NCBI GenBank assembly: GCA_035623825.1
Contig: DASPSR010000007.1
Location: forward strand, 1 to 64,000
Length of the DNA: 64,000 nt
DNA from: Nitrospirota bacterium
GTDB lineage: Bacteria > Nitrospirota > UBA9217
Reading direction: 5' to 3'
Positions within the stretch are counted from its first letter, which is position 1. The number at the start of each line of letters is the position of its first letter. Below, piece by piece: positions 21,346 through 32,684 of the stretch. The position numbers were made by a program, and so were the translations under genes. Under the pieces are notes generated by a model. It ran no database searches and was not told the DNA's origin. It saw nothing but the letters and a program-made list of their open reading frames with translations.

Positions 21346-21999
21346 TTAAGTTTTTGGCGGGCACATCTTGGCGGACGCAGGCAACCTGTCGATCTTTTCC
21401 CAGGGGATTGCAACGATGTCTCCGTCCGTGAGAAGCTCTTTCAGTTCAGGTTGTCCGAAAAGGACGATTGTCCTTTGCGAAGGGAGATAAGGACCACTGC
21501 AAACAAGATCAAGGATCAAGCCAGACTTTGGGCCACGAACTATATCAAATTCGGAACAGGGGAACTTCTCTGCTTCTTCCAGATCGCACAAATACCCGCC
21601 CCGCAGAAAAAGCGTGCGTCCGTCCTCTAAATGCAGGTAATAGCCGCCGTCTTCACCTTCGAATTCTTTAACCCTGATCGCACGAGTAACACGGAAGCGA
21701 GTCACCTCGGCAACGCCGTCAGCCAGATCCTTCTCATAAAGGGTGAGTGAAATCCTGAAACGCAATTTATTGTAAGAGTGAATGCTATAAACAAGACAAG
21801 CGGTTATGATGCTTGAAAAGAGGACGGGGAAATTTGGACGCAAAAAACCGAGGAAGCGGCTGACAACAAGAATGATACCAATGCAGATGGTTGACAGAAA
21901 TGCCGCTATAAGCAAAGCCCTGGTCAAGGTGACCGGATTCTTTGCCTTGGCAATAAGAGCTTGGCGCTCCTTGCTGGTCATCGGCCTTAAACTGGTCAT
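21346..21999 (-). CDS. Hypothetical membrane protein (2 TM)
   Basis: ORF with two hydrophobic segments; GAGGG before ATG 21999; start uncertain (alternative 22068). Confidence 0.6.
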   Translation of the reverse strand: MTSLRPMTSKERQALIAKAKNPVTLTRALLIAAFLSTICIGIILVVSRFLGFLRPNFPVLFSSIITACLVYSIHSYNKLRFRISLTLYEKDLADGVAEVTRFRVTRAIRVKEFEGEDGGYYLHLEDGRTLFLRGGYLCDLEEAEKFPCSEFDIVRGPKSGLILDLVCSGPYLPSQRTIVLFGQPELKELLTDGDIVAIPWEKIDRLPASAKMCPPKT

Positions 22000-22135
22000 G
22001 TACCATCCCTCTGGGACCCACCCCGGCTGGCTAGGTTCAGAAAGCAAACAGGCGATAACATAATGCATGCTTTGGTGCGAGCAAAGTTCTTCTGTTAAGT
22101 GACTTAATTCTACAGACGGTATCTGAATTGCATCG

Positions 22136-22993
22136 CTATAACCTCACCGGGACACCTCGTTCTTTAAGATATTCCTTTGCTTGCCTGATAGTAAATTCGC
22201 GGAAGTGAAAGATAGAGGCTGCGAGAGCAGCGTCAGCCTTGCCTTGCGTGAATCCATCATAAATATGCTCCAGGTTCCCGACACCGCCCGAGGCGATGAC
22301 CGGGATCGAGACCGCTTCCGCCACCGCGCGGGTTAGCTCCAGATCATAACCCGTTTTCTGACCGTCCTGGTTCATGCTTGTGAGGAGTATCTCGCCGGCC
22401 CCGTACTCTTCCATCTTCCGTGCCCATGCAACTGCGTCTATGCCCATAGGTTTCCTGCCGCCGTGAGTGTAGACTTCCCATTTGAGCGTTGGGTGAGGAG
22501 TGTGGAGATCCGTGCTACTTAGAAATAGAACCCTGTACTTCGGGTCATCGGCCCATCTGAGCGGAGGCTTGAAGTCCCTGTCATGTTTCACGACGCGTTT
22601 GGCGTCTATAGCGACAACGATGCACTGGCTGCCAAAGCGCATGGATGCTGCCTTGATGAACTCGGGATCATGGACCGCGGTTGTGTTGATTGAGACCTTA
22701 TCCGCTCCGGCAAGAAGCAAGTTCCTGATATCGTCAAGGCTTTTAATGCCCCCGCCGACGGTGAGAGGCATGAAAACCTGCTCTGCAGTCCTCCTCACAA
22801 CATCGAGAATAATGCCCCGCTCTTCGTGAGATGCGGTGATGTCGAGGAAGGTGAGCTCGTCCGCCCCCTGTTCATCGTAGAATTTGGCGTTTTCGACGGG
22901 GTCTCCTGCATCGATCAGGTTCACAAAACTGACCCCCTTGACGACGCGGCCACCTTTCACATCAAGGCAGGGGATGATTCTTTTAGTCAGCAT
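22136..22993 (-). CDS. hisF: Imidazole glycerol phosphate synthase cyclase subunit
   Basis: [27 protein letters not shown] and IASGG motifs; carries an internal insertion. Confidence 0.96.
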   Translation of the reverse strand: MLTKRIIPCLDVKGGRVVKGVSFVNLIDAGDPVENAKFYDEQGADELTFLDITASHEERGIILDVVRRTAEQVFMPLTVGGGIKSLDDIRNLLLAGADKVSINTTAVHDPEFIKAASMRFGSQCIVVAIDAKRVVKHDRDFKPPLRWADDPKYRVLFLSSTDLHTPHPTLKWEVYTHGGRKPMGIDAVAWARKMEEYGAGEILLTSMNQDGQKTGYDLELTRAVAEAVSIPVIASGGVGNLEHIYDGFTQGKADAALAASIFHFREFTIRQAKEYLKERGVPVRL

Positions 22994-23096
22994 AAAATCC
23001 AATTACTCCCGAAAGAAATTATATCGTTCGAAGGTGCAGAGAACGGGAACCTTGGTCAAAACATGCAACCTTGCAATCTGACCCGCGATATGGCTT

Positions 23097-23843
23097 CTAT
23101 CTTGCGCACCGGTTATCATTCAATTTGACAAACAAGATGGCTTCCCTCAAATTAAGGGACCCGCTGTATATTGCCTTCCCGGTGATTACTCCACTTATTC
23201 CGGAATACCTGATAGTCAACAGATCCTGGATGTCTTTCATCGTTGCCACGCCGCCTGAGGCGATTACAGGGATTTGGAGCGATTCTGCAAGCAACTTGGT
23301 TGCCTCGACGTTCGGGCCCGAAAGCATGCCGTCGCGCTTGATGTCTGTGTAGATAATTGCTATTACGCCATAATCCTGCATCTGCTTCGCCAGGTCAACG
23401 GCTTTTACATTGGTGACTTCCGCCCAGCCTTTGATTGCGACCATGCCGTCCTTGGCATCGACGCCTGCAATGATCTTTCCCGGGAACCTCTGGCAGGCCT
23501 CCCGCACAAAAGCAGGGTTTTCGATGGCGGCTGTGCCGAGAATGACGCGATCGACACCGATTAGTATGAGGGTGTTGACTGTGGCGATATCCCGGATGCC
23601 ACCTCCGACCTCGATTGGCATCTTTACGGCATTCCGGATTGCCTTGATAGCTTCGAGGTTCTTCGGCACTCCGGCAAAGGCGCCATCCAAGTCAACGACG
23701 TGCAGAAACTCCGCGCCCTGAGCCTCCCAGTGCTTTGCCGTTGTCGCGGGATCGTCGGAGTAAACCAAGGCCCTGTCCAAGAGTCCTTGCTCAAGGCGTA
23801 CACATTTACCATCTTTTAAATCAATTGCAGGGATGATTAACAT
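23097..23843 (-). CDS. hisA: ProFAR isomerase
   Basis: [24 protein letters not shown] and TDI.RDG motifs. Confidence 0.96.
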   Translation of the reverse strand: MLIIPAIDLKDGKCVRLEQGLLDRALVYSDDPATTAKHWEAQGAEFLHVVDLDGAFAGVPKNLEAIKAIRNAVKMPIEVGGGIRDIATVNTLILIGVDRVILGTAAIENPAFVREACQRFPGKIIAGVDAKDGMVAIKGWAEVTNVKAVDLAKQMQDYGVIAIIYTDIKRDGMLSGPNVEATKLLAESLQIPVIASGGVATMKDIQDLLTIRYSGISGVITGKAIYSGSLNLREAILFVKLNDNRCAR

Positions 23844-23935
23844 GAATGATCCTTTACAATGTTTGCCGCAAGGATGCCAGGGCTAAGAAGTAAAGATTTT
23901 CCTTGTGCCCTGTTGACTACGTTGTTGTGAGTGTT

Positions 23936-24553
23936 TTAAGACTTCAACTCCCCGAACCGTTTCAGGATAGACAGACCAAGTGTCTGACTCTTCTCAGGAT
24001 GAAACTGGACTGCAAAGATGTTGTCCTTCCAGATGCTTGAAACAAACTCGGTTCCGTATGGTGTCGTTGTAGCGATTACCCCTTTATCTTCAGGCACCAC
24101 GTGAAAGGAGTGCACGAAATACACGTGGCTGTTATCCGGGACATCCTGGAGAGCCGGGGCCCGTCTTTTAATGGATATCGAATTCCAGCCCATATGCGGG
24201 ATCTTGAGATCCGCAAATGCAGGTCCCTTGAAGCGGATGACACGGCCCTTGATGATGTCCAGCCCTTTTGAAATTCCGAACTCCTCGCTTTCCGTGAAGA
24301 GAAGTTGGAGGCCTAGGCAGATACCGAGAAACGGTTTGCCCGATCTGATGCCATTACGCACCGCATCGATGAGCCCGTACTGCTCCAAATTCCGCATGCA
24401 GTCCGGGAATGCACCCACGCCGGGGAGCACGATTTTGGAGGCGTTTTGGATCTCCTTCGCGTCGCTGCTGACCATGGCTTCATGGCCCATGCGCTCGAAG
24501 CCTTTCTGAACGCTCCGTAGATTACCCATTCCATAATCGATAATGGCGATCAT
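23936..24553 (-). CDS. hisH: IGP synthase glutamine amidotransferase subunit
   Basis: DYGMGNL, PGVG, GICLG and QFHPEKS motifs. Confidence 0.97.
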   Translation of the reverse strand: MIAIIDYGMGNLRSVQKGFERMGHEAMVSSDAKEIQNASKIVLPGVGAFPDCMRNLEQYGLIDAVRNGIRSGKPFLGICLGLQLLFTESEEFGISKGLDIIKGRVIRFKGPAFADLKIPHMGWNSISIKRRAPALQDVPDNSHVYFVHSFHVVPEDKGVIATTTPYGTEFVSSIWKDNIFAVQFHPEKSQTLGLSILKRFGELKS

Positions 24554-24644
24554 AATTTTAGAAAACCGTTCGACGTCGAATGAGCGGATAGGCCGACCAG
24601 CAAAAACCGATCAATGACCAGCCGCCGTTTCGTCCTTTCACCCG

Positions 24645-25235
24645 CTAAATCTTCCCTTTTGTCGACAGCACGCCCTTTATCCTCGGGTCCAAGCTTGCGG
24701 CTTGGTCCAAGGCGCGGCCAAATGCCTTGAAGACCGCTTCGAGCATGTGATGGACGTCGCGGCCGTAAAGAAGGCGGATGTGCAGGTTCATTCCGGCATG
24801 GTTAACAATGGATTGAAAGAAGTCTTCTATAAGTCCGGGATCGAAGTTCTTGAGTCTGTACTTCTTCGGCAAGTCCACCTGGTATGACAAAAACGGCCTG
24901 CCAGAGAGGTCGATCACCACTTGCGCGAGCGTTTCGTCCATGGGCACGGTCACATCTCCGTACCTGCTGATTCCCTTACTGTCTCCGAGCGCTTTTTTGA
25001 GTGCCTGTCCGAATGCGATCCCGAGGTCCTCGACCGTGTGGTGGTCGTCGACCATCGTGTCCCCCTTGGCCTTGATAGTGAGATCGAAGAATCCGTGCTT
25101 GGCAATGTGAGAAAACATGTGGTCCATGAACGGCACCGATGTCCTGATGTTGTATACGCCCGTGCCGTCGAGGTTCAGCGATACTCGTATGTCTGTCTCC
25201 CTGGTCTTACGCGTGATTGTCGCTTTGCGAGCCAT
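24645..25235 (-). CDS. hisB: Imidazoleglycerol-phosphate dehydratase
   Basis: [18 protein letters not shown] and HH..EA.FK motifs. Confidence 0.97.
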   Translation of the reverse strand: MARKATITRKTRETDIRVSLNLDGTGVYNIRTSVPFMDHMFSHIAKHGFFDLTIKAKGDTMVDDHHTVEDLGIAFGQALKKALGDSKGISRYGDVTVPMDETLAQVVIDLSGRPFLSYQVDLPKKYRLKNFDPGLIEDFFQSIVNHAGMNLHIRLLYGRDVHHMLEAVFKAFGRALDQAASLDPRIKGVLSTKGKI

Positions 25236-25329
25236 TCGGCCCCCTTTTAGACAACAAAAAATATAAGGAGAAACGAAAGCAGGGAGAAATGGGGCAAGCT
25301 AAACCATTTTTCCTCTTCACTTGTTCTCC

Positions 25330-26409
25330 TTAATCAGTAACAATTTTATTCAGCTCATCAAGAAATTCAAGATTCTCCTCTGGCTTTCCCACAGTCACGC
25401 GCAGGCAGTTTTCAAGATGGCCGGGCTTGTCTAGATTCTTGATGAGGATTCCCGCCTGCTTGAGCTTCGTATAGACATGCGTTGCGTCAGTGGCGGTTCT
25501 GAACAGAATGAAATTTGTTTCAGACGGGTAGGGTGTAATACCCTGCATCTTCACGAGGGCATTATATAGTTTTTCCCGTTCTGAAATCAACAGGGAAATC
25601 TGCCGTTTCACGATGTCTTTGCGCTTTAGCGCTGCAACAGCAGCAGCTTGGGACAGGGTGTTGATGTTGTAAGGCAGTCTAATCTTGTTCATCTCCTCAA
25701 TAATTAGCGATGAGGCTGCCAAAATTCCCACGCGAAGACCGGCAAAACCTATTTTCGACAGTGTCCGGAGGATGATCATGTTCGGGAACTTCCTGAGTTC
25801 GGGAAGGTAGGTCTTTCGAGAGAAATCAAAGTACGCCTCATCTATCACCACGGCGGCAGCGGCTTTGCTCAAGATTTTTCTCACAGCGACATCGGAGAAA
25901 CGGTTCCCTGTCGGATTATTCGGACAAGCGAGGAAGATTATCCTTGCTTGGACTTCATTTGCTTTCTTGAGCATCTTGTCCGCATCGAGGGAAAGATCTT
26001 TTCCAAGAGGTACAGTGACAACGCTCTGGGAGAGAGCCCGGGAGGTGATCTCGTACATTGCAAAAGTTGGCGCGGGGATGAGCACTGGCCCACCAAAGGC
26101 AAGGATGATCGCTTGAATAAGTTCGTCCGATCCGTTGCCTAGCATCATGAGGTTAGGGTCCATGCCCCAGAGCGCAGAAACCGCCTTTTTCAGCTCCCTT
26201 GCCGATGGGTCAGGATAGCGGTTGATGAGAGCCTCACTCGCTGCATTTCCAATCTCGCGACTCACCTGACGCGGAGGAGGGAAGGGGTTTTCCATTGCGT
26301 CGAGCTTGATGCGGCACGGCGTTTCGTCAATGGAGTAGGCACTGAGCTCACGGATGGATGGCTTAATGAGTTTTACGATATTTTTTGTTTTTGTCGATTT
26401 TGTCCTCAT
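25330..26409 (-). CDS. hisC: Histidinol-phosphate aminotransferase
   Basis: NRYPDP, GNGSDE, PNNPTG, DEAY and RTLSK motifs; start approximate. Confidence 0.93.
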   Translation of the reverse strand: MRTKSTKTKNIVKLIKPSIRELSAYSIDETPCRIKLDAMENPFPPPRQVSREIGNAASEALINRYPDPSARELKKAVSALWGMDPNLMMLGNGSDELIQAIILAFGGPVLIPAPTFAMYEITSRALSQSVVTVPLGKDLSLDADKMLKKANEVQARIIFLACPNNPTGNRFSDVAVRKILSKAAAAVVIDEAYFDFSRKTYLPELRKFPNMIILRTLSKIGFAGLRVGILAASSLIIEEMNKIRLPYNINTLSQAAAVAALKRKDIVKRQISLLISEREKLYNALVKMQGITPYPSETNFILFRTATDATHVYTKLKQAGILIKNLDKPGHLENCLRVTVGKPEENLEFLDELNKIVTD

Positions 26410-26714
26410 CGCCCGAATAATATACAGGAAAGAAGCAACAGGCACAAGGAGAAACTGACACCAGACGTCACAGCGGACAGACACTGAAACACATGGTCAG
26501 CGAACCCATAGCTTCATAATGGTGCGACAGCGGAGAGGCAGCACCATCGAAGAAGGCAGTTCTTCTCTGTGTGGGCAGGGAGTGATTACGCCCGTCATTG
26601 AACCTGAAGCTTTCCCCTGAGATTAAAATGCCTTAAGGGTACAGTGCACCATCAGGAAGATCGAGCATATAGGATCAAAAAAGAAAAAGGCGTCCGTTCC
26701 GGCCGCATTTTTCA

Positions 26715-27635
26715 TTAAGGAATGACCTTGTTCAGGGGATATTCAACGATCCCTGTCGCGCCTCTGCGTTTGAGCCTGGGGATAAGGCGCCGGGCCTCTC
26801 TTTCGTCAAGGATCACCTCGAGGCTCACCCACTTCGGGTCCGCCAAATGGGATATCGTCGGCGCATGCATTGAGGGCAGGATGCCACAGACCTCGCTCAG
26901 GACATTCTGTGGCACGTTCATCTTGAGCCCCACCTTCTCCTCGGCGGCCAGGGCGCCCTGAAGCAGCATGGTCATGTTTTCTATCTTTTTTCGTTTCCAA
27001 GGGTCCTTCCATGCCTTCTTGTTCGCAACAACCCGGGTGGTGGACTCGAGCATCACTTCGACGATCCTGAGTTTGTTCGCCCGGAGCGAACTGCCTGTCT
27101 CGGTGAGTTCCACAATGGCATCAGCGAGCCTTGGGGGCTTTACCTCCGTTGCTCCCCAGGAGAACTCCACATCCGCGGTTACGCCCTTGGACTTGAGGTA
27201 GCGCCTCGTGTAGCCCACCAGCTCGGTCGCAATACGCTTGCCTTTGAGGTCCTTGATCGACCTGATGGGCGAGTCCTCGGGCACGGCCACGACCCAGCGC
27301 ACCGGCGTAAGGCCGCCCTTGGCGTACCGAAGCTCGGCAACCTCCACCACGTCGGCATTTTGCTCGAGGATCCAGTCCTTGCCGGTGAGGCCCACGTCAA
27401 AGATGCCGTTGTCCACGTACCGGGCCATCTCCTGGGCACGAACCATGATGCACTCGATGTCCGAGTCATCGATGCTCGGGTAGTAGCTGCGCGAGCTGAC
27501 CTGGATGCGGTAGCCTGCCTTAGCGAAAAGCTTGAAGGTCGAATCCTGCAGACTGCCCTTTGGCAGGCCAAGCTTGAGTTTTTGGCTCCCGCTTATGTTT
27601 GGTTTAGGTGATGTTTTTTTCGATTTCGATGGCAT
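26715..27635 (-). CDS. hisG: ATP phosphoribosyltransferase, long form
   Basis: LPKGSL, GLTGKDW, SWGATE and TETGSSL motifs plus C-terminal regulatory domain. Confidence 0.95.
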   Translation of the reverse strand: MPSKSKKTSPKPNISGSQKLKLGLPKGSLQDSTFKLFAKAGYRIQVSSRSYYPSIDDSDIECIMVRAQEMARYVDNGIFDVGLTGKDWILEQNADVVEVAELRYAKGGLTPVRWVVAVPEDSPIRSIKDLKGKRIATELVGYTRRYLKSKGVTADVEFSWGATEVKPPRLADAIVELTETGSSLRANKLRIVEVMLESTTRVVANKKAWKDPWKRKKIENMTMLLQGALAAEEKVGLKMNVPQNVLSEVCGILPSMHAPTISHLADPKWVSLEVILDEREARRLIPRLKRRGATGIVEYPLNKVIP

Positions 27636-27709
27636 GGTGTCTCCTCTAAAACGATTTAACAGGATGACGAACGATTTCATCCCATTCTGTAGGTCCTGTT
27701 CAAGTCACT

Positions 27710-29005
27710 TCAGCTCTTGTTCTCCATCCTCACCCTGACCGTGTTCCCATGGGCCTCGAGTCCTTCCACGTCCGCAATCTGCATGACGGCGTCGCCCACG
27801 TTTTCGAGACCTTCCCGGGTGTAGAAGATGAGGCTTGACTTTTTCATGAAGCTGTCTGTGGACAGGGGCGAGAAGAATCGTGCCGTTCCTCCCGTGGGGA
27901 GAACATGGTTCGGTCCTGCGATGTAGTCGCCAACGGATTCGGGTGTATAATGGCCGAGGAAAATGGCGCCGGCGTTTTTGATCAAAGCCAGCAGTTCGAA
28001 CGGTTTTTCCACAGCGAGTTCGAGGTGTTCGGGTGCAATGGCGTTCGATACGGCAGCGGCTTCTTCTAGGCTTCCCACCATGACAATAGCGCCGAATCTG
28101 TCGATGGCCTTACGCGCGATATTTTTTCTCGCTAAGTTCGCAAGCTGGCGCTCGATTTCGGCGTCCATCTTAGCCGCCAGTTCTCGTGACGGAGTAACGA
28201 GGATGGAGGACGCCAGCTCATCATGCTCGGCCTGCGAAAGCAAGTCTGATGCAATAAATGCTGGATTAGCGGTATGATCGGCGATTATCAATATCTCGCT
28301 CGGCCCCGCGATCATATCGATGTCCACCTGGCCGAAAACATACTGTTTGGCTGTTGCTACATAAATGTTGCCCGGGCCTACGATCTTATCGACCTTCGGG
28401 ATCGTGGCGGTTCCGTATGCCATGGCAGCGACAGCCTGTGCCCCTCCGATCTTGAATATGTCACTTACCCCGGCAATGTCCGCGGCGGCGAGGATATAGG
28501 GATTGAGATTGCCACCGGGTGCAGGTGAACACATCACAAGCTGTTCCACACCCGCCACTTTGGCGGGGATTGCGTTCATGAGCACCGATGAGGGATAGCA
28601 TGCCTTGCCGCCAGGCACATAAATGCCTGCGCTCCGGATTGGCCGAGCAAGCTGACCCAGGATGACACCATCCGCCTCCTGGCTGACCCAAGAACTCAGC
28701 TTCTGTTTCTCGTGAAAAGTACGGATATTGCGCGCTGCGAGTTTCAGAGCTTCGATCTTTTTTGCATCTACATGGGCGTAAGCGTCTTTTATCTCTTTTT
28801 GAGAGACTCTGATATTCTTGAGCGTGAATGTTGCGCGGTCGAACTTCTCCGTATACTCGAGCACGGCCGGGTCGCCTTGCTTGCGTACCCGTTCAACCAC
28901 TTCACGGACCGCGATTGCGACTTCCTCGGTCGCGGTTTCACCGCGATTGATGATGCGTTTGAGCTCGGTGTTGACATCTTTGTGCTGCGAGTCGATGATT
29001 TTCAT
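27710..29005 (-). CDS. hisD: Histidinol dehydrogenase
   Basis: YVPGG, GPGN, DMIAGPSE, QAEHD, APEHL and GPNHVLPT motifs. Confidence 0.97.
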   Translation of the reverse strand: MKIIDSQHKDVNTELKRIINRGETATEEVAIAVREVVERVRKQGDPAVLEYTEKFDRATFTLKNIRVSQKEIKDAYAHVDAKKIEALKLAARNIRTFHEKQKLSSWVSQEADGVILGQLARPIRSAGIYVPGGKACYPSSVLMNAIPAKVAGVEQLVMCSPAPGGNLNPYILAAADIAGVSDIFKIGGAQAVAAMAYGTATIPKVDKIVGPGNIYVATAKQYVFGQVDIDMIAGPSEILIIADHTANPAFIASDLLSQAEHDELASSILVTPSRELAAKMDAEIERQLANLARKNIARKAIDRFGAIVMVGSLEEAAAVSNAIAPEHLELAVEKPFELLALIKNAGAIFLGHYTPESVGDYIAGPNHVLPTGGTARFFSPLSTDSFMKKSSLIFYTREGLENVGDAVMQIADVEGLEAHGNTVRVRMENKS

Positions 29006-29124
29006 GGAACCTCGCTAAGTGGGCAGGGTTACGATCCTGTATTCTCGCCCGCCAGGTTGTTCGTATTTTGCATTGGTCCTCGCCATCAGAAACGAGCTTC
29101 GCGACCGGTTGATGGACCCTGATG

Positions 29125-30372
29125 TTATATTCTTTTTATATCCGCCCCTAAGGCTGAAAGCTTCTCCTCAATATGCTCGTAACCCCGGTCAAGATGGTAA
29201 ATGCGTGAAACTACTGTCTGGCCTTCCGCCGCGAGGCCGGCGAGGATAAGTGAAGCGCTCGCGCGGAGATCGGTTGCCATGACGGGAGCTGCCGAAAGTT
29301 TTGGGACGCCCTTGACGATAGCGCTCCGGCCTTCAATATGGATGTTCGCCCCCATTCTCCGGAGTTCGGCCACATGCGTAAAGCGGTTCTCGAAAATGGT
29401 CTCATTGATGACGCTCGTCCCCTCGGCCAGCGTCATTAGGCTCATGAACTGCGCCTGCATGTCCGTTGGGTATCCCGGATACTCAAGCGTCTTAATGTTT
29501 ACTGGCTTGATGCTTCGTTGCCCAGTCACTCGGATGGTACCGTCGGCGGTCTTTATTTCGGCTCCCGCCTCGGCGACCTTGGACAGGACAGCGTCAAGGT
29601 TCCCTGGGAAGCAGTTCTTGATCGTTACTGTACCACCGGTGATGGCTGCGGCGATCACGAACGTGCCAGCCTCTATTCTGTCGGGCATCACTCGGTAGCT
29701 CATGGGGCGGAGACTCTCGACGCCCTGGATCCTGATGACGTCCGTACCCGCCCCTTCGATCTTTGCGCCCATCTGCGTGAGGGCGTTCGCAAGATCAAGG
29801 ACTTCCGGTTCGCGCGCCGCGTTCTCAATCAAGGTTTCTCCTTGCGCGAGCACCGCTGCCATCATGATATTCTCCGTGCCGGTCACGGTCACCGTATCGA
29901 AATTGACATGTGCGCCGCGGAGCCTTCTGGACTTCGCAAGCACATATCCATGCTCGATCTCAACGGCGGCGCCGAGACTTGCAAGTCCCGCGAGATGCAG
30001 ATTGATGGGTCGGGCGCCGATGGCACACCCCCCCGGAAGCGAGACTCTGGCGTAGCCCATGCGTGCCACGAGCGGTCCGAGCACGAGCACCGATGCACGC
30101 ATGGTCCTTACGAGATCATAAGGCGCTTCGGGATTCGTGATCAAGCTTGAGTCGAGGAGAATATCGTGATCCTGCCGTTCGAATGCTACCCCCATATTCT
30201 GGAGAATTCTTCCGAGCGTGCTAACGTCTGCCAGGCGCGGGACATTGGATATTCTGTGCCCGCCTCCGCACAATAGCCCCGCTGCGATAATAGGAAGCGC
30301 TGCATTCTTCGCCCCGCTGATTGCAACTTCGCCCTTCAGTCTTTTGCCGCCTTGAATTACGATTGTTTTCAT
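29125..30372 (-). CDS. murA: UDP-N-acetylglucosamine 1-carboxyvinyltransferase
   Basis: [25 protein letters not shown] and HLDRGY motifs. Confidence 0.97.
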   Translation of the reverse strand: MKTIVIQGGKRLKGEVAISGAKNAALPIIAAGLLCGGGHRISNVPRLADVSTLGRILQNMGVAFERQDHDILLDSSLITNPEAPYDLVRTMRASVLVLGPLVARMGYARVSLPGGCAIGARPINLHLAGLASLGAAVEIEHGYVLAKSRRLRGAHVNFDTVTVTGTENIMMAAVLAQGETLIENAAREPEVLDLANALTQMGAKIEGAGTDVIRIQGVESLRPMSYRVMPDRIEAGTFVIAAAITGGTVTIKNCFPGNLDAVLSKVAEAGAEIKTADGTIRVTGQRSIKPVNIKTLEYPGYPTDMQAQFMSLMTLAEGTSVINETIFENRFTHVAELRRMGANIHIEGRSAIVKGVPKLSAAPVMATDLRASASLILAGLAAEGQTVVSRIYHLDRGYEHIEEKLSALGADIKRI

Positions 30373-30531
30373 AACAGTTTAGGTTGCTTTCGTTTATTCG
30401 AACGCAGCCAACAAACCGGAGGCCTGATTTGGAAATGACGGACAAACCCTAATGATTTAACATTCCGGCAAATTCAGATAGTTTCATTCGGTATTATTGT
30501 TTTAGAGGTTGAAGGTCTGGATTTGCAACAT

Positions 30532-31395
30532 TCATTTTTTTCTTGCTATGATCACTCTCTCAATCCCCGCCAGATCTTGCAATATCTCCGGGATCTTATA
30601 TTTGCAGGTGTCTTTCACGATCCCTATAAGCGGTTCTGACTGCCCCTGCCCCATCTCCATGATAAGGCTCCCGCCCTGCCTCAAAAACCCTGGGGCGGCA
30701 TCGATGATCCTCTCCTGAATTTCTGTCCCTTCCGGGCCTGCAGTGAGCGCAAGCTGAGGTTCGAAGTCCCTAACCTCGGGCTGAAGCGCCGGGACGTCTC
30801 CGGAGCGCACGTAGGGGGGGTTCGAAACGATGAGGTCAACCCTCCCTTGTAGGTCGAGTTCCACCATCGGTCCGAACAGATCGCCTTCGAGGAACCTGAT
30901 GCGGTCCGACACTTTGTTGTTCTGTGCGTTCCCTTTAGCAACTGCGAGTGCCCGTTCGGAAGTGTCAGTTGCAAAGATGCGCACAGTGTCGCTCTCTTTT
31001 GCAAGGCTTACTGCGATGCATCCCGAGCCGGTGCAGAGATCGACAACCACGACCGCCCTTCCCGCGGGCCGAATGATTTTGAGCGCAGATTCGACGACCA
31101 GTTCCGTTTCCGGCCTCGGGATCAGCACGTCAGGCGTGACGTTGAAATCAAGTCCCCAGAATTCCTGTCTGCCGGTGATGTACTGAAGCGGCTCCCGGTG
31201 TGCCCTTCGATTGACCGCCGCTTCAAAGAGCGGTAGCCTTGCTTCGTCAAGAGCGTCGTTGCGATGGGTAATAATCCATGCACGATCTCTCACGAAAATG
31301 TGGGAAAAAAGTACTTCAGCGTCGAGCCTTGCATTGCTTATGCCCGCTGAGATTAGTTTTTCTGATGCTCTGTTTATCGCTTCGATAAGGGTCAA
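30532..31395 (-). CDS. prmC: Release factor glutamine methyltransferase
   Basis: EPLQYI, LIPRPETE, DLCTGSG and SNPPY motifs; follows prfA. Confidence 0.95.
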   Translation of the reverse strand: MTLIEAINRASEKLISAGISNARLDAEVLFSHIFVRDRAWIITHRNDALDEARLPLFEAAVNRRAHREPLQYITGRQEFWGLDFNVTPDVLIPRPETELVVESALKIIRPAGRAVVVVDLCTGSGCIAVSLAKESDTVRIFATDTSERALAVAKGNAQNNKVSDRIRFLEGDLFGPMVELDLQGRVDLIVSNPPYVRSGDVPALQPEVRDFEPQLALTAGPEGTEIQERIIDAAPGFLRQGGSLIMEMGQGQSEPLIGIVKDTCKYKIPEILQDLAGIERVIIARKK

Positions 31396-31491
31396 CGGTC
31401 TGGCGACACGCTAATTGTAAAAGTAGAACGAAAAGATTAATAGAAATATGCCTATGTTATTCAAGATTGCCGGTTTCATTTCAAATTTGTA

Positions 31492-32559
31492 TTACATGTT
31501 CTTCAACCGCTCGGCGTTTGCCGCAGCAGTCAACGCATCGATGAACTCATCAAGATCACCGCCGAGCACAGACTCGATTCGGAACAGTGAAAGACCGATG
31601 CGGTGATCGGTCACTCTGCTCTGTGGGAAATTGTAGGTCCTGATTTTTTCGCTCCGCTCCCCAGTCCCGACTTGCGATTTGCGGTCCTGGGCGGTGGCGG
31701 CTTCCTGTTTTTCGCGCTCCCGCTCGAGCAGGCGGGAACGAAGGATTTTCATCGCCTTTTCACGATTCTTAAGCTGTGAGCGTTCGTCCTGGCATGCGAC
31801 CACCTCGCCCGTGGGGATATGGGTGATCCTGACCGCGGAATAGGTCGTGTTCACACTCTGTCCGCCGGGTCCCGAAGAGCAATAAGTGTCTATCCTGAGG
31901 TCCTTTGCCTCGATCTGCACGTCCACATCATCGGCCTCGGGCAGCACAGCCACCGTGACGGTAGACGTATGGATCCGGCCGCCCGCCTCGGTTGCGGGGA
32001 CGCGTTGTACGCGATGTACGCCTCTTTCGTATTTGAGTCTGCTGTACACTCCCTTGCCCTGAATTTGGGCGATGACTTCCTTCACGCCGCCGACACCCGT
32101 GGTGCTCATGTCGAGGAGGGTGACTTTCCATCGCTTCTTCTCGGCATAGCGCGAATACATGCGGAAGAGCTCGGCAGCAAAGAGTCCTGCCTCGTCTCCA
32201 CCGGCGCCTGCCCGGATCTCGAGGAAGATGTTCTTCTCGTCCCGGGGGTCCTTGGGCACAAGCATGATGCGGAGTTCCTGGTCCATCTGCTCGCTCTTGG
32301 TCAGCAACTCCTTGAGCTCGGCCTCGGCCATTGCACGCAGTTCGGGGTCCGACTTCTTGTCCTTCAAGAGCTCCTCGGCATCGTGGATCTGCTTCTGAAC
32401 ATCCTGATATGCCCGGTAATGGTTAACAACATCCTCGATTTCCGACCGTTCTTTCGAGTACTTCTGGTACTGTTGATGATTGGCGGCAACCGCTGGATCG
32501 GAAAGGAGCCTGGTCAACTCATCATATTTTTCAGCTACCGCGTCTATTTTTTTGAACAT
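31492..32559 (-). CDS. prfA: Peptide chain release factor 1
   Basis: GGQ motif, PAT anticodon-mimic motif, RTYNFPQ. Confidence 0.97.
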   Translation of the reverse strand: MFKKIDAVAEKYDELTRLLSDPAVAANHQQYQKYSKERSEIEDVVNHYRAYQDVQKQIHDAEELLKDKKSDPELRAMAEAELKELLTKSEQMDQELRIMLVPKDPRDEKNIFLEIRAGAGGDEAGLFAAELFRMYSRYAEKKRWKVTLLDMSTTGVGGVKEVIAQIQGKGVYSRLKYERGVHRVQRVPATEAGGRIHTSTVTVAVLPEADDVDVQIEAKDLRIDTYCSSGPGGQSVNTTYSAVRITHIPTGEVVACQDERSQLKNREKAMKILRSRLLEREREKQEAATAQDRKSQVGTGERSEKIRTYNFPQSRVTDHRIGLSLFRIESVLGGDLDEFIDALTAAANAERLKNM

Positions 32560-32659
32560 AGGTAAAACAACATTCCACGAAAAGACTAAGGAACGGAGAA
32601 AAGAAAAGATTTTTATCTCGTGTCCTCGCCTCTTTGCGGCAAGGGGACTCTTACATCAA

Positions 32660-32684
32660 CAAAAAACCCCGCATCAGCGGGGTT
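32660..32684 (-). terminator. Terminator-like hairpin overlapping the DUF1385 stop codon
   Basis: Minus strand CCCCGC-TGAT-GCGGGG followed by TTTTTT. Confidence 0.6.

Noticed and set aside
26410-26714. His attenuator or ncRNA in the hisG-hisC spacer
   Set aside because: No His-codon-rich leader peptide or recognisable RNA motif found
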